Positions 39,574 to 54,409 of a DNA stretch of 64,000 nucleotides are shown piece by piece (position 1 is the stretch's first letter; each line of letters begins with the position of its first letter). The DNA comes from Bigelowiella natans CCMP2755 (lineage: Eukaryota > Protista > Cercozoa): positions 108,181 to 172,180 of the forward strand of contig ADNK01001278.1 of NCBI GenBank assembly GCA_000320545.1. The letters are read 5' to 3'. Under the pieces are notes generated by a model. The model saw nothing but the letters and a program-made list of their open reading frames with translations. It was not told where the DNA came from and made no database searches. The position numbers were made by a program, and so were the translations under genes.

Positions 39574-41025
39574 ACAACGATCTCGATTTCATGGAACAAG
39601 TTTCAAACATGCCATTTATACCCTACGACGAGCAAAAACAGGCCATTTCACATTGCGACAACTAATCCGTTCGTTCCGGTCGCACACTCTTCGAGCAAGG
39701 TTTTTTTCGACGTTCTGATCACTGCTAGACTGAGGCCTTGCGCCCTGCTAGGTCATCCGTTCAAGTGCCGTGGCCGGCGGATGTGAAACGAACCCTGAAC
39801 TTTCCCCTGAAGATCTAGTAGATTGAGGAGGTCACGGATGAGTCAGTGTGACCCATCTAGCCATTGTTCGATCTTTGTCGTCAGTCGTGCGCTGGACCTT
39901 GGAGTGTCAAACGTTGATTTGAACATGGTCATCATCAAGATCATCATTCATTTGCATTTTCGCATGATGATCATGCGCAGGACGCCTTCCAAGATGGCCC
40001 AAGAGCTCTGGAGCTTCGCAGAGCCGCGCTTGCGCTCTTCATTGACCAACGTGACTGGCCAACGCACAACGCGATTTTGTCATCGTGGGAAACCTGACCA
40101 GCTCTAGAGCTGAGCCGGGAAAAAGCGATCGAACAATGAGCTCACTTTGCATGCATGCCCCTCCGCGTAACGCAGTTACAGGAGCTCAGGGAGGTGTGAA
40201 AGACTGTGCCACGCTTGTGCACGCATGGCATCTGCGTGTGCGTGCTAGCCAATTGGAAAAAGCAGAAAACGTGCAACGATGGGGCGGCGGCTGCGCGCAA
40301 GCGAGCCAGACGACGACCATGAATGACAATTGCAATGATCGAACGAGCAACGCGACACAATTTGCCCAGGCGCACACGCGCTAGCGCGTTGCATTTTGAT
40401 GATGTGTGCAAGTAGTGCACTTGCATGGACGGACAGAGTACCAGGGTACTTTGCAATTAACAAACTGGAAAACCTCCTCTGCAGTGCTGTGCGTGGCACA
40501 GGTACAGCCCTGACGATCGACATGCTACATGTGCATGAACAGATGTGATGAGCTGCTCAGCACATGGGCTACACGTGAGTTAGCAACGAGTACGTAGTGC
40601 ACGCAACATGCAAGGCTGGTCTGTCGACATACTACGCACGAACGCAGACACGATGCAGGTGGAGTGTACCACTGCGTGCTGTGTGGTCGCAAGCACACAG
40701 CATGTGAAGTCAAACACATCGCGTTGTACATGTGAATGTTTGTCGCTTTGGGGACATGTGCGTACGAAAAGCAGAGATTTAGTAACATGTCCAGATATAG
40801 TATTATGTTAGAAGTCTCTATTAAGCAACTCTTCGCTAGAGCACCTAGCGTACTATACTAGTATCACTAGCATCTGTGCTACTCATTTCCATAGTAATAG
40901 CCTATGTAGCGTACTATATTACAAGTCTCTATTTGTGGAAATTTCGCCACATGTTACTAAACATAAGGACTATAGTACATGCATACACTCGTGAGAAGGA
41001 AGGTAAGGCATGCAGCAATCCTCTT

Positions 41026-42261
41026 TCAGCCACTAGGACTGCTCACTGGATCAGGCTGTGTAACAGGCTCCAAAATATTCCAGGTTTCTTCCCCAAAAAT
41101 TCTGGAGACAGACTCTGCGTTCTGCTTGGATTCAGCATTGAAGTGGATGATGCAAGTCTTCCTTCGGGACAGGTTATTCATCACGCTTCCATCTTTTGTC
41201 TTATCAAGCAATCGGTCAGTGTCCATGTCGCATAGATTCGAGAATATCTTCATCTGGTAGTCCAGAGTGACGAGTTGGGTGTTGTTAAGCCAGTAATAGT
41301 AGTACAGGTGTTGGTCAGTCGGCAAATCCCTCCCTGCGTCCCATTCAAACACCTCTATTACCTTCTTGTACATACGCAACATGAGCGCTGCAGGTGCAAT
41401 GATACCCCCGGAATTCAACGAATTGATGTGCACGGGCCCATCTAACTCCACCCCGTCTTCCAAATGCATGAACTGTCTCACGTCCTTGAACTGGATATTT
41501 TTTAGAAATATTTGTCTTAAGGTTTTTATCGATATCGTTAGGAAAATAGCACATATGACCTGCGGATCATGTGTCGTGACCCATTTTGGAACCTTTGGTA
41601 TCTCGTCGCATCTTTCGTTGCAACCCATGACGCACGACTCGGCGCTGAAAACTATTCGAGCCCCCGAGTCTTGCGAGATGCTCCAGTAGCTCTCCACGAT
41701 CTGCTCGACAGGTGAGTGTACATTATGGTATTTCAGAGCGTTCTCTCACTAAAATGGCTCCAAAATATATGCACTGACCTCTTTTTCGTTGCAAGCAATT
41801 CCCAAATCAGTATCTACCATCAGTACAAGCTGATCCGGATCCAATTTCGTGACGCGCGCCATTACCCTGCGAAGGAATCTCACCTGCCCAGAACACACCC
41901 ATTCACAAGGCAAAGTCAGTGAGCAGTATGTGAGATCATGTGTGGAAAGCACCTTGTCCAAATAGCCGTGCCAATCGTGACCCTCGGCAACATGCTCCAC
42001 TTGAAACCCGTTGCGATTGAGTCCCAGCATTGTTTGATTTAACGGACGAGTCTCGATGGTGATCACATATAATGGCAAGCTTTCCACGCCCCTCAGCGGT
42101 TCTTCCTTCTCTACCCCATCACTCAAGCGAGCTATATCGTTTGATCCTCGAGTGAAGGTTTGCCCCCAAGAGAATTCTCCTCCTTGGGTGATGATAGCCC
42201 ATCCTAGTATGGCGCACGAGGCACCAATAAGTGTTGGAGCGAGCAGTTTACACTGAACCAT
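41026..42261 (-). CDS. PLOD (lysyl hydroxylase GT domain)-like glycosyltransferase, type II membrane
   Basis: ATG at 42261 is followed by the hydrophobic LIGASCAILGWAII. Then come LYVITIETR, WHGYLDKV, LVLMVDTD (DxD), IVFSAESC, LNSGGIIAP, TDQHLY, LDYQMKIFSNL and IIHFN, the motif order of the PLOD-type GT-A domain. Two introns; stop at 41026. Confidence 0.8.
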
Positions 42262-42425
42262 GACGGACGCGAACCAGAAAGCTGCTCGTGTCAATAAAAT
42301 GAATCATAGCACTAGAAGAGATGGCTATGGCGGACAGCACGTCTCCATTTGTTTCCACGATCGTCTCAAATTAAAGCACTCATCAACAAATTCAGGACCA
42401 GGTCGAACAAGACAAAGAGACCAAA

Positions 42426-42517
42426 AGAATTCAAGTCGCACCGATGATTTGCCCTACGAAATGGAAGAGGCCCACAGAATTCAAGTCGCAGCGATGATTT
42501 GCCATACGAAATGGAAG
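42426..42517. repeat. Tandem direct duplication, period 50 bp
   Basis: agaattcaagtcgca(c/g)cgatgatttgcc(c/a)tacgaaatggaag occurs at 42426 and 42476, with 40 of 42 nt identical. Confidence 0.92.
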
Positions 42518-43786
42518 GGATCAAAAGCACACAAACTCGTCCTCACTGACACATCTTGTTGGAGCATTGAAGTGAACACGAATCTTGAGTCTTGAACCTT
42601 GATGGTGTTCCGGTTGATTGGGGAGCCTCTCAACCGCTCCAATGACGATGGACAAGTTCGTTCCTTCGGGCTTTTCTTCATTCCTTCACTCAATAATTGA
42701 TGTGAACACGAATCAATCGATCAATCTTCGTTCACTTTTTCTTTCTTCTTCGTTCATTCGTTCAAAGCTGGGAAGGGTGTGAGCAAGCAACGTTCAAAAT
42801 GGCAATGTCAGCCAACTTGGAAGGCCCGAAGGTGCAGGTGTTGCTGCATTCGCAAGTGAGGAATCACTGAACGAAGAGCGTGGCTCATCCGTCGTGCGTC
42901 TGTCTAGCTGTGCCATGCCAAAACGAGCAACAGGAGTGACATTCTCACACGCTTCACATTGGTCAGTCCACGTGCACGATCCACTCTCTAGCTCTGATCG
43001 CTGATCAACAAGGCTAGCCAGCTAGAAGGCCAGAAGGCACAGAAGTGCGTTTGACCTGTGAACCTTGCCAGCTTGAGACAGTGATTGTTGTTTTGACGTG
43101 ACACGACAACAATGTCCACCATCAATGATCAGATGACAACTGAAATTTTTGGAAGTGCAAACATCTGAACGTGTAGCAGGACTCGCGCAAACACCCAGCA
43201 ACCAAATCACCAGACTAGCTAGCTAGCCTGGACGTGACTCTAGACGTCTGCGTGCGATGGCCAGAGTGCAATGCTGAATCCCTGCGAGTCCCAGAGTCAT
43301 CTAGTTGCGCTAGTGTGTGCAAGTCGTTGTCTAGTTGTTTGTTGGACAACATCTGTTCTCTCATCTCTGTTTCTAACAATCTGAGACGATGGGGCAGATC
43401 TGCAGTATAGCAGATCGAGCGAGGCAATGACAATTGCGCAACAAATCCAGAAATGAACGTGCACGCATCCATCTAGACATGCCTAGATGTGTCATTAGTG
43501 CATGAGATGCCAGTCTCACACGTTCATGCAATCCATGTACCAACTGCAATCGCACATGCACTACGTGACTAGATGAGCGCACATCTGACGGGAGTCATTC
43601 TAGCATTTGTCGTGAACGGTAGATTGATGCATGCTGAAAGTACATGCTTGAGATGTAATTCTTCTTCGTATGTGCTACTTGCATGCATGCATACATGCCA
43701 TTCAAGGAAAGAACCTTGGAATAATCGATTGTAGTTGCCTTTCTAGCCATTTCTCCACATACTTTGTCAAACATGTTTAGATCATT

Positions 43787-45651
43787 CTACTGTGTAGGCG
43801 GTGTTCTGCATAATCCCTCAGCACCATCTTGAACGACGGCCAGAGCTATCCCAGTGCTTCCTATTCTGCAGGTAAGCTCAACAAACGTCACTCTGCCGCT
43901 ATTGCTGCTTATACTTTCGTTGTAGGCACTGATGCGAGCGAACTGTAGGGTCACGTGCTCGTCTGGAACTCCTCTGATGACATCACAGCAAAAACGAAAG
44001 CATATTACGAAGATATCACTGTGCAAAGAATGGACGCGGGCTGCCTCCCTCCCCTGTTTCTCGCATACATATAAAATTGGTGTAGGAGAATGAGAATGAC
44101 GTTACTGCACACCTGAAATGCACAGAGAGTCCCGCCCTCCGCGGTACTACATCCACAACACGATTTTTTGAAATTGGGAGCCATTTTCCAGTCTCCCCGA
44201 GTAGAATATAATGTACACCCTCTCCGTCCCCCACCCGTGTTATGTGAGTGAGAGTGAACTCTGGAAGCGGTACTGAAGGTATGGTGATGGTAGCATCAGC
44301 GTCCTTTACAATGTACACTCTGTCAGTGAGGGAGTTATCTGTGACACGAGGAACGTTGCCGTATCTTCGCATGTAGACCTGAACAATGCAATGATACATC
44401 ACATCATAATTGGGTGATATCTACCCTCCGATTCGGAATAGATTCGAGCAGGAAGAGGTGATTGTGCGAAGTGAAAACAACGACGATAGAAAAGACATAG
44501 TCATGGAATAGAAGTCCCTAGAACACCAAACAGACTATCATATCAAGAGAGCGTTAATTTAAAACCACCAGATATTCGGTATTGCTGCTGCAACACCCCT
44601 CATTGTCATTTTCCTCTTCCTTTTGTTTCTGGTGGAGTGGGGGGAGAGACTTGGCAAGCTCCTTCACGGAGATTTTCAAAGACTTCTCGAGGTCCGCAGA
44701 GAGTAGGTGCAAGTATTCCACACCAGGGTCTCCCACAACAGATCTGGCCAAATCATGTTCAGGAGTTGTTTGCATGAAAATATCAATGGAAAAATGAACG
44801 ACAACCGCTTCTCATTGTTGTTGTAGTATAATTCAATTTTATGTTCATGACTGAGTACCCACAGATAAACGAGCTGTGCGTGCAATTGCAGTCGCTAGAA
44901 GCATCTTATCTCTCATCTTCCTCCCTCATTTTTTTGCCTTCGCTGTCATCATTGCTACCGTGATATCATATTTTCCGGGCGTTGTGCCCCCTCCACAGGC
45001 CACTGTCGTTTGGCAAACGGCGCTGTCTCAAATGCCTCCACCAAGTAGCTGCGATCGATGCTCACCTTTTCATTTCGTGTTTGTTTTTATATAGGTGTAA
45101 GTATGTGAATGCCATTACGAGCACACGTGTGCGTCGTGTGCGTATCTGTGTGGTATGCATCAACCTTTCTTTCCTCTCCCTCCACACCCCCTCCCCCCTG
45201 CCTATTCTCCTCACTTCCTTGCCCCTCTACATGCGTCTGCTATGATAATTTACCATTCCTATGTCGGGGCGCAAGATCTCTCCTGGAGATCAGAGTGTAA
45301 AGGAGGAGGAAGAGAAGGAGGTGAGATACAACAGCACTTAGAACAATGCAATAAGACGTAAGTAATGTGCACGGATGATTCACTCTATCGCCATCAGAAC
45401 TGCTGCTACTACTACTACTACTACTACTACTACAACTACTACTCTTCTATAAGTTGTGTGGATACACAGGAACAACAACAACAACAACAACAACGACAAC
45501 AACCATCTGCATTGATAGAGCGATTGAGAAGCGTCGCATCAATGAAATCCACTCCTAAATAATTTCATACAAAAGATCATCATGCTATAGAATGGTGAGC
45601 TATATACATTTTCAAATTTCTGGTGCCCTACCAGCATGTGAAATGATGAGC

Positions 45652-45693
<42 letters not shown>

Positions 45694-46089
45694 ATATATG
45701 TCCATGTGTGCGAGTCAAACTTGAAAACATATGTACATCTCTAACGTATCTCTTCTCCCACATCTACCACCACCATCATCGTCCTTGTTCACATGCCGCC
45801 TTTCCTCCTCCCCCTCTCTACATCATCATCATCATCATCATCATCATCAGTATACAATCAAGTACCATCCGCAAAGGCAACAGGTCCATTTGAGAACGTA
45901 GCAACCTAGGTGTCAGTGTTCAAAGATATGATGGTGATCCAACGGAAGAACAATCACGATCAGTTGTCACGAAAAATGATGATGGCGCGCTGCTACAGCA
46001 AAAAGGGTTCGCAAGAAGACAACATTGCATCTTTGCCCGGATTGAACCATCTGTCCTGACTCGATATCATCGTAACATGCAGCAGATAT

Positions 46090-46137
<48 letters not shown>

Positions 46138-46982
46138 AATACAACTTCCTAAACTTGTATTCGAACCGCTGCTTGTAAAGGCGGGAAGGGCTCAGGTCCC
46201 ATCACCTTTCCATCTGCCAGCAAGCAAAAATGTGTTTGCATGTATTATTACATTACATGTGTGCAGTAGATTATCACTGTTACGACGATACAACAATGAA
46301 GAACAAAATAGAGCTACGGCAGTGCGCCAAGATATTCTCAGCTGATATAGATCGTTGGGTGATTATAACACTTTCGATCATATCACAACGAAGAAGCACC
46401 AGCAAAATCAGCAGCAGCAATGTATTGTTTCCCCTCCTCCTCCTCCTCCTCCTCCTCCTCCTCCTCCTACTCCTCCCCCCCCTTAATGATGATCTTACGC
46501 GATTCATTCCTGTTTGATGTGAAGAAAGGATCTTTATAGGGAGCAAGGCCTAATGCGATCGCAAGTAGCGAAGACCTTCGGATAACAAAGCAAAAAGGAA
46601 TCGCGGCAAGAAAAAGAAGAAGAAGATAGTGATGAAGAAGAAGAGGAAGAAGAAAAGGAAGAAGAAGAAAGGCATCAGTATAGTCAAAACTAGAAGAAAT
46701 GCTGCAGATGTTGGAAGGAGAGGAGGGAAGGAAAAGATAACTGTGCTACTACTACTACTACTACTACTACACGCACTGACAGCTGTACGACACCTGCCAA
46801 TTCGCCACTGTCCGTCGCGTACAGAGGGACCGTAATCATCTACGAAAAAAGAGAGTGAAGATGAGGAGGAGGAGGAGGAGGAAGTAGCAGCAACGCACAC
46901 ACGCACACGCACACACAGGAAGAATGGAAGAAGGGGAAAAGATGCATGTATACAGTCATCTTTGCTGTTGTGGGATCACACC

Positions 46983-47018
<36 letters not shown>

Positions 47019-47678
47019 TAACCACTTATTTATTACTACTGCTCGAGCCATCCTACCAGATGTCCTAATTTGAGTGAAAGCTGGAGATGAGAGAGACTGT
47101 AGTGCGTGCCTGTATAAATAATGACATCAAATTAAAAAATAAAAACCACAATAACAGCATCAACAAGGAAGCAGATACTAGACACGCACACACATACACA
47201 CATATCCAAATAAATGATTAGGTAGGTTCATTTTTCCTTCTCCTCCCCCTCCTCCTCTTACTGCTACTACTACCACTACTACCCACCTTGGGAGGGACAT
47301 GCACATTTGAATGTTTATCCCATTCTCTCGTGCATTGAGCCCCATCTCCTCAAGCCAACGAGACGCAATACCCAACGTCCGTGTCGTAATCTATCATAAA
47401 TATGAACATAGGGAGGGAGGAGGTGCGTGCTTTCACATGCTTCTTCAACCAAAAATGATACTGCTGCTGCAACACAACTACTCCTCCCCCTCCTCCTCCT
47501 CCTCCTCCTTCCACGCCTATGCTACTACTTGATGACCTCCATTCCCAGAAATTGCGTCCACAACCAATCTTGGTTGTACAGTTTCACGTTCATGGTAGCA
47601 GCGTACGAGAAAAAGAAGGACCAGAACCCACTGTCCGGAGACGGAAGGGCAAAGCCATTTCTGTCACCACAGAGTACC

Positions 47679-47719
<41 letters not shown>

Positions 47720-49211
47720 GCACGCACGTAAATAAATAGATAGATATATAGGGCGTTGTGAGAGAGATGGCGAATGCATGATAATATTATACATATATTT
47801 TACACGCAAAGCGTCTCAAATTATGTGAAACATCATGAACTCCGTCACACACGCACACGCACGCACACATACACACACAGCTTAAACTACACGTAAGCAT
47901 GAAAAAATGCGATCTCACAACAACAGCTACTACTGCTACTGTGGAAGAAGTGATAGTAGTAGTACTGATTACCCAGGGTATGCGTGCGAGTCCTTTTCGA
48001 GGTAGAAAAGAAATTTACCCCCTCCATTTTGCACAGCATAATCGGTATCATTCTGCCACCATCTGAGAGAAAAGAAGAAGAATGAGAATACGAATAAGAA
48101 TAACAAGAGCATACATAAAAAAGAGCAGCAGCAGCAGCAACAACAACATCAGAGTTCACACTGTATATGTACATACGAAAAACCCTCCTCTCTCTCTCTC
48201 TCTCTCTCTCTCTCCCTTCTCCTCTTACAATTTGCCTCCTCGATATCAATTGAGATGTTGATTCATTGACACCACCTGTTGTGCGCCATAAAATCCCACC
48301 CTGTCTGCTTGGAGAGAGCAATGACCCCTTCATCACCTTGTCATCAGCATCATCACCATCATTCATTCATTACTCATTTATCATTTGAGCGGGCCAAGAT
48401 CACGGCATGAAGGAGTGCGAAATGAAACGTCTCGACGAAGAAAGACGAACAATAACGCAAGACGTCTACAAAGATACGATAGAACAGAATGTCATGGGGA
48501 CATGGGTGTATATATGCGTAGTACCATTTGGAATATTTCGTGGGTCTGTTGTCCAGTTCTTCACACCACCTGCCATCGGAACTCCCTCTCTAATCGTAAA
48601 GCCAATATGTAAAGCATCGATCTCATAGGAGGAGGAAGGAGCGGTACATAAATCTTATTTATGAGAAGTGAAGATGTTCAGATGTAGTAGTAATCATCTA
48701 AGGGTAGGGGGCGAGGGAGTACTGTTTACTATCTATCTTATTCTCATTTATTCGGCAATCAAAGGAGTGATGGCCGCTCACAGCTACTAACCCTCCTGTG
48801 CTTCCTGGCCCTTTAAAATACCTACGTGAGTAGTATGATCGTGTGTGCTAATGTTACTGAAAAGATGAGATGCGTACACAAGGACACAAAACACACACGC
48901 ATGGATAGTGCTCTATACATAATTTCATCGTCTCAGCACAGAAATGCGAACTCTGGATCATCGTCATCATCACTCCTCGTCGTCGTAATTATCATCATCA
49001 TCATCATCATCATCATTATCATCACTGTAGTTGGTGGTGGGAACGTACCTCCAGCTGTCTAAATTTGCCCATTTGACAGCGACTCCCATTTGGTCGAGAG
49101 AATGCTTCACATCCAGTAAGGTGCCGTACATATCACGCCCTGTATGCATGGTGTACCACACCATCATCATCATCATCATCATCATCGCTACATGCACCTT
49201 ACTTGCAACTA

Positions 49212-49250
<39 letters not shown>

Positions 49251-51399
49251 TTATATGTGTAACGTGCACTACTCCCCCCTCCCCCCCTTCTCTCTTCATG
49301 TGTGTTGCGTATGTTTCGTTTATTTTTAAATGTGAAAATTGAATTTAGAGTGTTGGAGACACCACCACCTTCCATGGGAGCATAATAGTAATAGGCACCA
49401 TTATCCGTTTCATATCCAAGGTGAGATTCGACAAAGCCGCCGCCGTTATTGTGGAAACGCCGTGTGTTCGAATAACGCGACAACAAGGATCGTCCCCACT
49501 ATTTATATATTCATTTGCAAAGAAGACAAGATACTGGTTAGTTGTAGCGGTCATGGCATGGTGAAATAGAAGAGGGTGATGATAATGGAAACAACACACG
49601 ATCATCATCCTGCCACCCTACAACAATCAATATCAGGAGAGTTTTGGAGAGTATGCCACATTTCAAAGATTAAATTACGTTGTGGAACGCCCTATTTATG
49701 CCTCCCCCCTGCGCATCAGCGTGGAGGACGAACGAAATTTTGTAACCGGATGGGACATAATCGACGCCTATTTTATTGAGAAAAGCTGCGTAAGTAATTG
49801 TCGCGCTGCACCCATGGAAATTCTTTTCTGGAGCTTTGCTCTTCTCTATCCTCTTCGTGATCATATTTCTCCAAAAGGGTGTGAATAATAAATGGCAACG
49901 TCGTTCCCCCCCCCCCCCCCCCCCCCCCCCCAAATCGAGCAGTTCTACCCAAATGAAGATAGGGAGGAGGAGACAATGCTGGGCATACATATAATACCTC
50001 CCATGATCCCAAGCGATACGACTTCCGTTTCTGAGAATGGATGTTCGAAAAGAATAAATAAAAAAAAAGCAAGAAAATTATTGGTATTGCGTAAATAAGT
50101 TCCCCATCACCATCTACACAGCACTGAAGGTGCATATACTCAGTATCATCACCACCATATCAAGCATGATTACCATTATCGAAGGCAACAGTTGCATCCA
50201 TAAAATTGTTAAGGGAGCTCAGAACTGTCGTGCGGCCACTCCGATCGAATCTAAGTATCATTACGATCGTTTAACTGGACGCTATGATGACGCTGATGCA
50301 TACACCAAGAGCAAATCGTAATAGTGCCATCATCGTCAGCATCATCATCATCATCATTATCATCACATGGCCATCGGTCCTGAGAGTAGTCCGTCAGGTA
50401 TGATCGAGCCTTTTTCCCAGCGACCAATGCGTGGACCCCTGTGCGTGTCGTTATGTGCATCATTCAAGTGCTCTCCATAGAATTGAAACCATGCGAGCTC
50501 TGAGGAGGAGGGCAGCGAGAACGACGGAAACGATGACACACTTCCCTACAGATAAAGGGAGGAGGTAAGCAAGATGGTGATGAAGGTGATAGATATAGAT
50601 TATCATAAATAGATGTGTTGCTCTTATGGGATAAGATTAGTGTATGCAAGGATACTCGACGTCTATCTGTTTTTCGTTGAAAGAAGAATATGTAGTGGGC
50701 TTTTGGAAGTTTTAGCGTCGGTGCTTACTATTTGGATGTTGCAGCTTACGTACCTTCCAGTCGCAGCCAATCCAAGGCATGTGCTTCGGATCGCACTGTC
50801 GCGCTTCGCTTGAAGTTCCATTCATGTCATCAGGAAATTCCTATACAGTCGAAAACGAAAGAAGAAAATAACAACAAACCAAGAAATATTAGTTACACTC
50901 ATTCTTGTTTACGAACAGTGATAGCGCACAAGGTTAAGAACTACCTGGTGAAAGGTAGCGACATCAGTGTCGATATAATTTCTCGCCTCTGTGACAAACT
51001 TGCGACTACGTTCTACAGACGAGCGCGTCGAATGGACAGCCGTCTCCCAGAGCCATCGTGTCCCATTGTAGCGTCCGAATGTGTGATCCTTTCCAGAAGT
51101 TTGGGTACAACCCGTAAGCCTTAGTGAGCCGTCGCCTTGTGAGAATAATCTCCCGAAGCTTCTAATTGCAGCACTATTCCTGCCAGACTCTAGCCAAATG
51201 TTTCCCTCAACACGAAATCTATACCCAGCATCGGCGACGCCTGCACCACAAGGAACATTATCAATTTGAGTATTCTCTTTTTCCGTCAATTTTTTTTACC
51301 GTTTCGCCCCTCCAAGCCACACTCGGCCTCTAGTACCACCGCCCCTAATCCGGTGCCTAAGAATCCTAGAAAAACGATAAGCCCTTCCGTCCCTTGCAT
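43787..51399 (-). CDS. Secreted uncharacterised glycoside hydrolase-like protein (clan GH-D-like TIM barrel)
   Basis: ATG at 51399 gives a signal-peptide-like MQGTEGLIVFLGFLGTGLGA. Exons encode YETDNGAYYYY, ANLDSW, GVKNWT, AHNRWW..DYAVQNGG, LYNQDWL, WLEEMG..IQMCMSLP, TQIRTS|DDY, GLAPYKDPF, EPFPPLQAA|VATFSNGPVAFADG, GEILRPD and LGETGKWLPISKNR. Stop at 43787. Confidence 0.78.
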
Positions 51400-52121
51400 C
51401 GTGGCATTCGGCAATTATTTCTGGGGGTGGAGCGGTCGTGAAGGCAGCAGCAGGAAAAATAATAATATAGAAATATGCTGCATATCCAAGAATCCCTTGT
51501 TCTTCCCCGGTACAACTTAATAATAATTAAATGATGTCACTGCCTCCAGAGTCAGTTGATTCAGGATGTTCTTGGTTAGAAAACAGCATTTCTCCTTTTC
51601 TAAGGTTCCTTGTCTTCCTTTACGGAGGGTATGGTACCCTTTTCATACCATGTCGTAGGACCTAGATGGCATCTCTATCATTCCTTTTTGCATAAGCACC
51701 CGATTTTCGATATTTCCCGGGGCCTTGTTCAGATCCTTTTGTGAGTGAGCGAACCATGACGATTTTTTTATTTTGAGTCTCATCAGAGTGATCAAAACGC
51801 CAGAGAATAAATTACCCCAAGGACACTAATGATGCAAATATCAAGGAATATTTATGTTACGACGTGGAAAAAGGATGTCGTAGAAGGAAACTCATCGTAA
51901 CTCTAAGGTGTTGAAAATGTCGGGAAAATTATTTCTGTGCTTCCCTTCCTTAGGACTAAGTTCGTTCTTCCCTCTCTCCTCCCTCCCAAAAGAGACATCC
52001 AGCACTGGTCCACATCAAACATGCTCAGCCCGTTGTAGTCAACATTGCAATAATTTTTGACTTAACTTTGGATTAGACAAAGAACTGAGTTCCTGATCAA
52101 CCGGCACTCCCTTCTTCAACA

Positions 52122-53451
<1,330 letters not shown>

Positions 53452-54409
53452 GTACGCAATGATCGGATCTCTACTTGATAGGGGAGTGTCTGCTAGTTAT
53501 ATTCCGATATATCTTCGGACACATTTCAATTTGAAATGTTATCTAAAATTGCAAGTTCGTTAATGGCAGCTTGCATGAATTACCGATGTAATTGTACGAG
53601 TTTGCCAATCAAAATTTCTTCGTAACATTACGTAAGCAAGCTTCCAATTTCTTGCAACTGCTCGCATATTGGCTACTATAATAGATTCTATCATCACTGA
53701 ACGTCGTGTTTATTTGTAAGTGCTGTTAAATGCAAATTTATGTGATTTTGCGACGTGGATCGTATTGCATACGAGTTTGCATAATTAAAAAATCTAAAAT
53801 TTCAAAGACTAGCAGCATAGCGGTAGAGACAAGAACTACTAGACAGCCTCTGCTGACTCGATCAGCATTGAAACCTGTCGCATTGCAATGCGATTCGCCA
53901 AGACAGCCACGGCACTTGCCGCAGCGTCGCCGGTCGGCACTAGCAGTGCTAGAGTGCACTATCTAGCTATAGTGCATGGCGTGTGTACAGATTACATCAT
54001 CCTTGAGCCTATGGCTATTTTGCGCAAGCAGATAGATGTAATGCAAGACACATAGCTAGATAGCAGTCTAGCAATCGACACATATATGGCGGTCACAAAA
54101 CGGTGTCGCACATACATAACCGCTCGGCAATGCTTAATAATATGCAGCATCGCAGATAGGTCGCTATCTAGCTATGTCCTTACATGTAGTAACAGTACAC
54201 AATATATAAAAAAATTAGTCCTATCATAATGATGTCTCATCGATACTACTTATGCTCTAGATGCTGTATATCATGTATAGCAGTAGCGGACATACTCGCA
54301 TACTTAAAACTTATCCTTACAAAGCTAGAAAGTGCTGCATGATGTCTCGACATCCAAATAGTGTTGCATGTTTAATAGATTTGTTCCCACATTTATAACT
54401 TTCGCCTGT

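Noticed and set aside
39511-42517. The 10-bp array and the 50-bp duplication as CRISPR-like arrays
   Set aside because: No unique spacers and no cas genes, in a eukaryotic context.
49905-49931. Long poly-C runs (also ~31745-31765) as G-quadruplex regulatory elements
   Set aside because: Homopolymers are common in this repeat-rich sequence, and nothing else supports a function.
44876-50813. Short plus-strand ORFs within the hydrolase gene, and similar microsatellite-derived ORFs across 58800-63500
   Set aside because: They consist of poly-H/I/C-V/S runs translated from intronic repeats and contain no recognisable domain.
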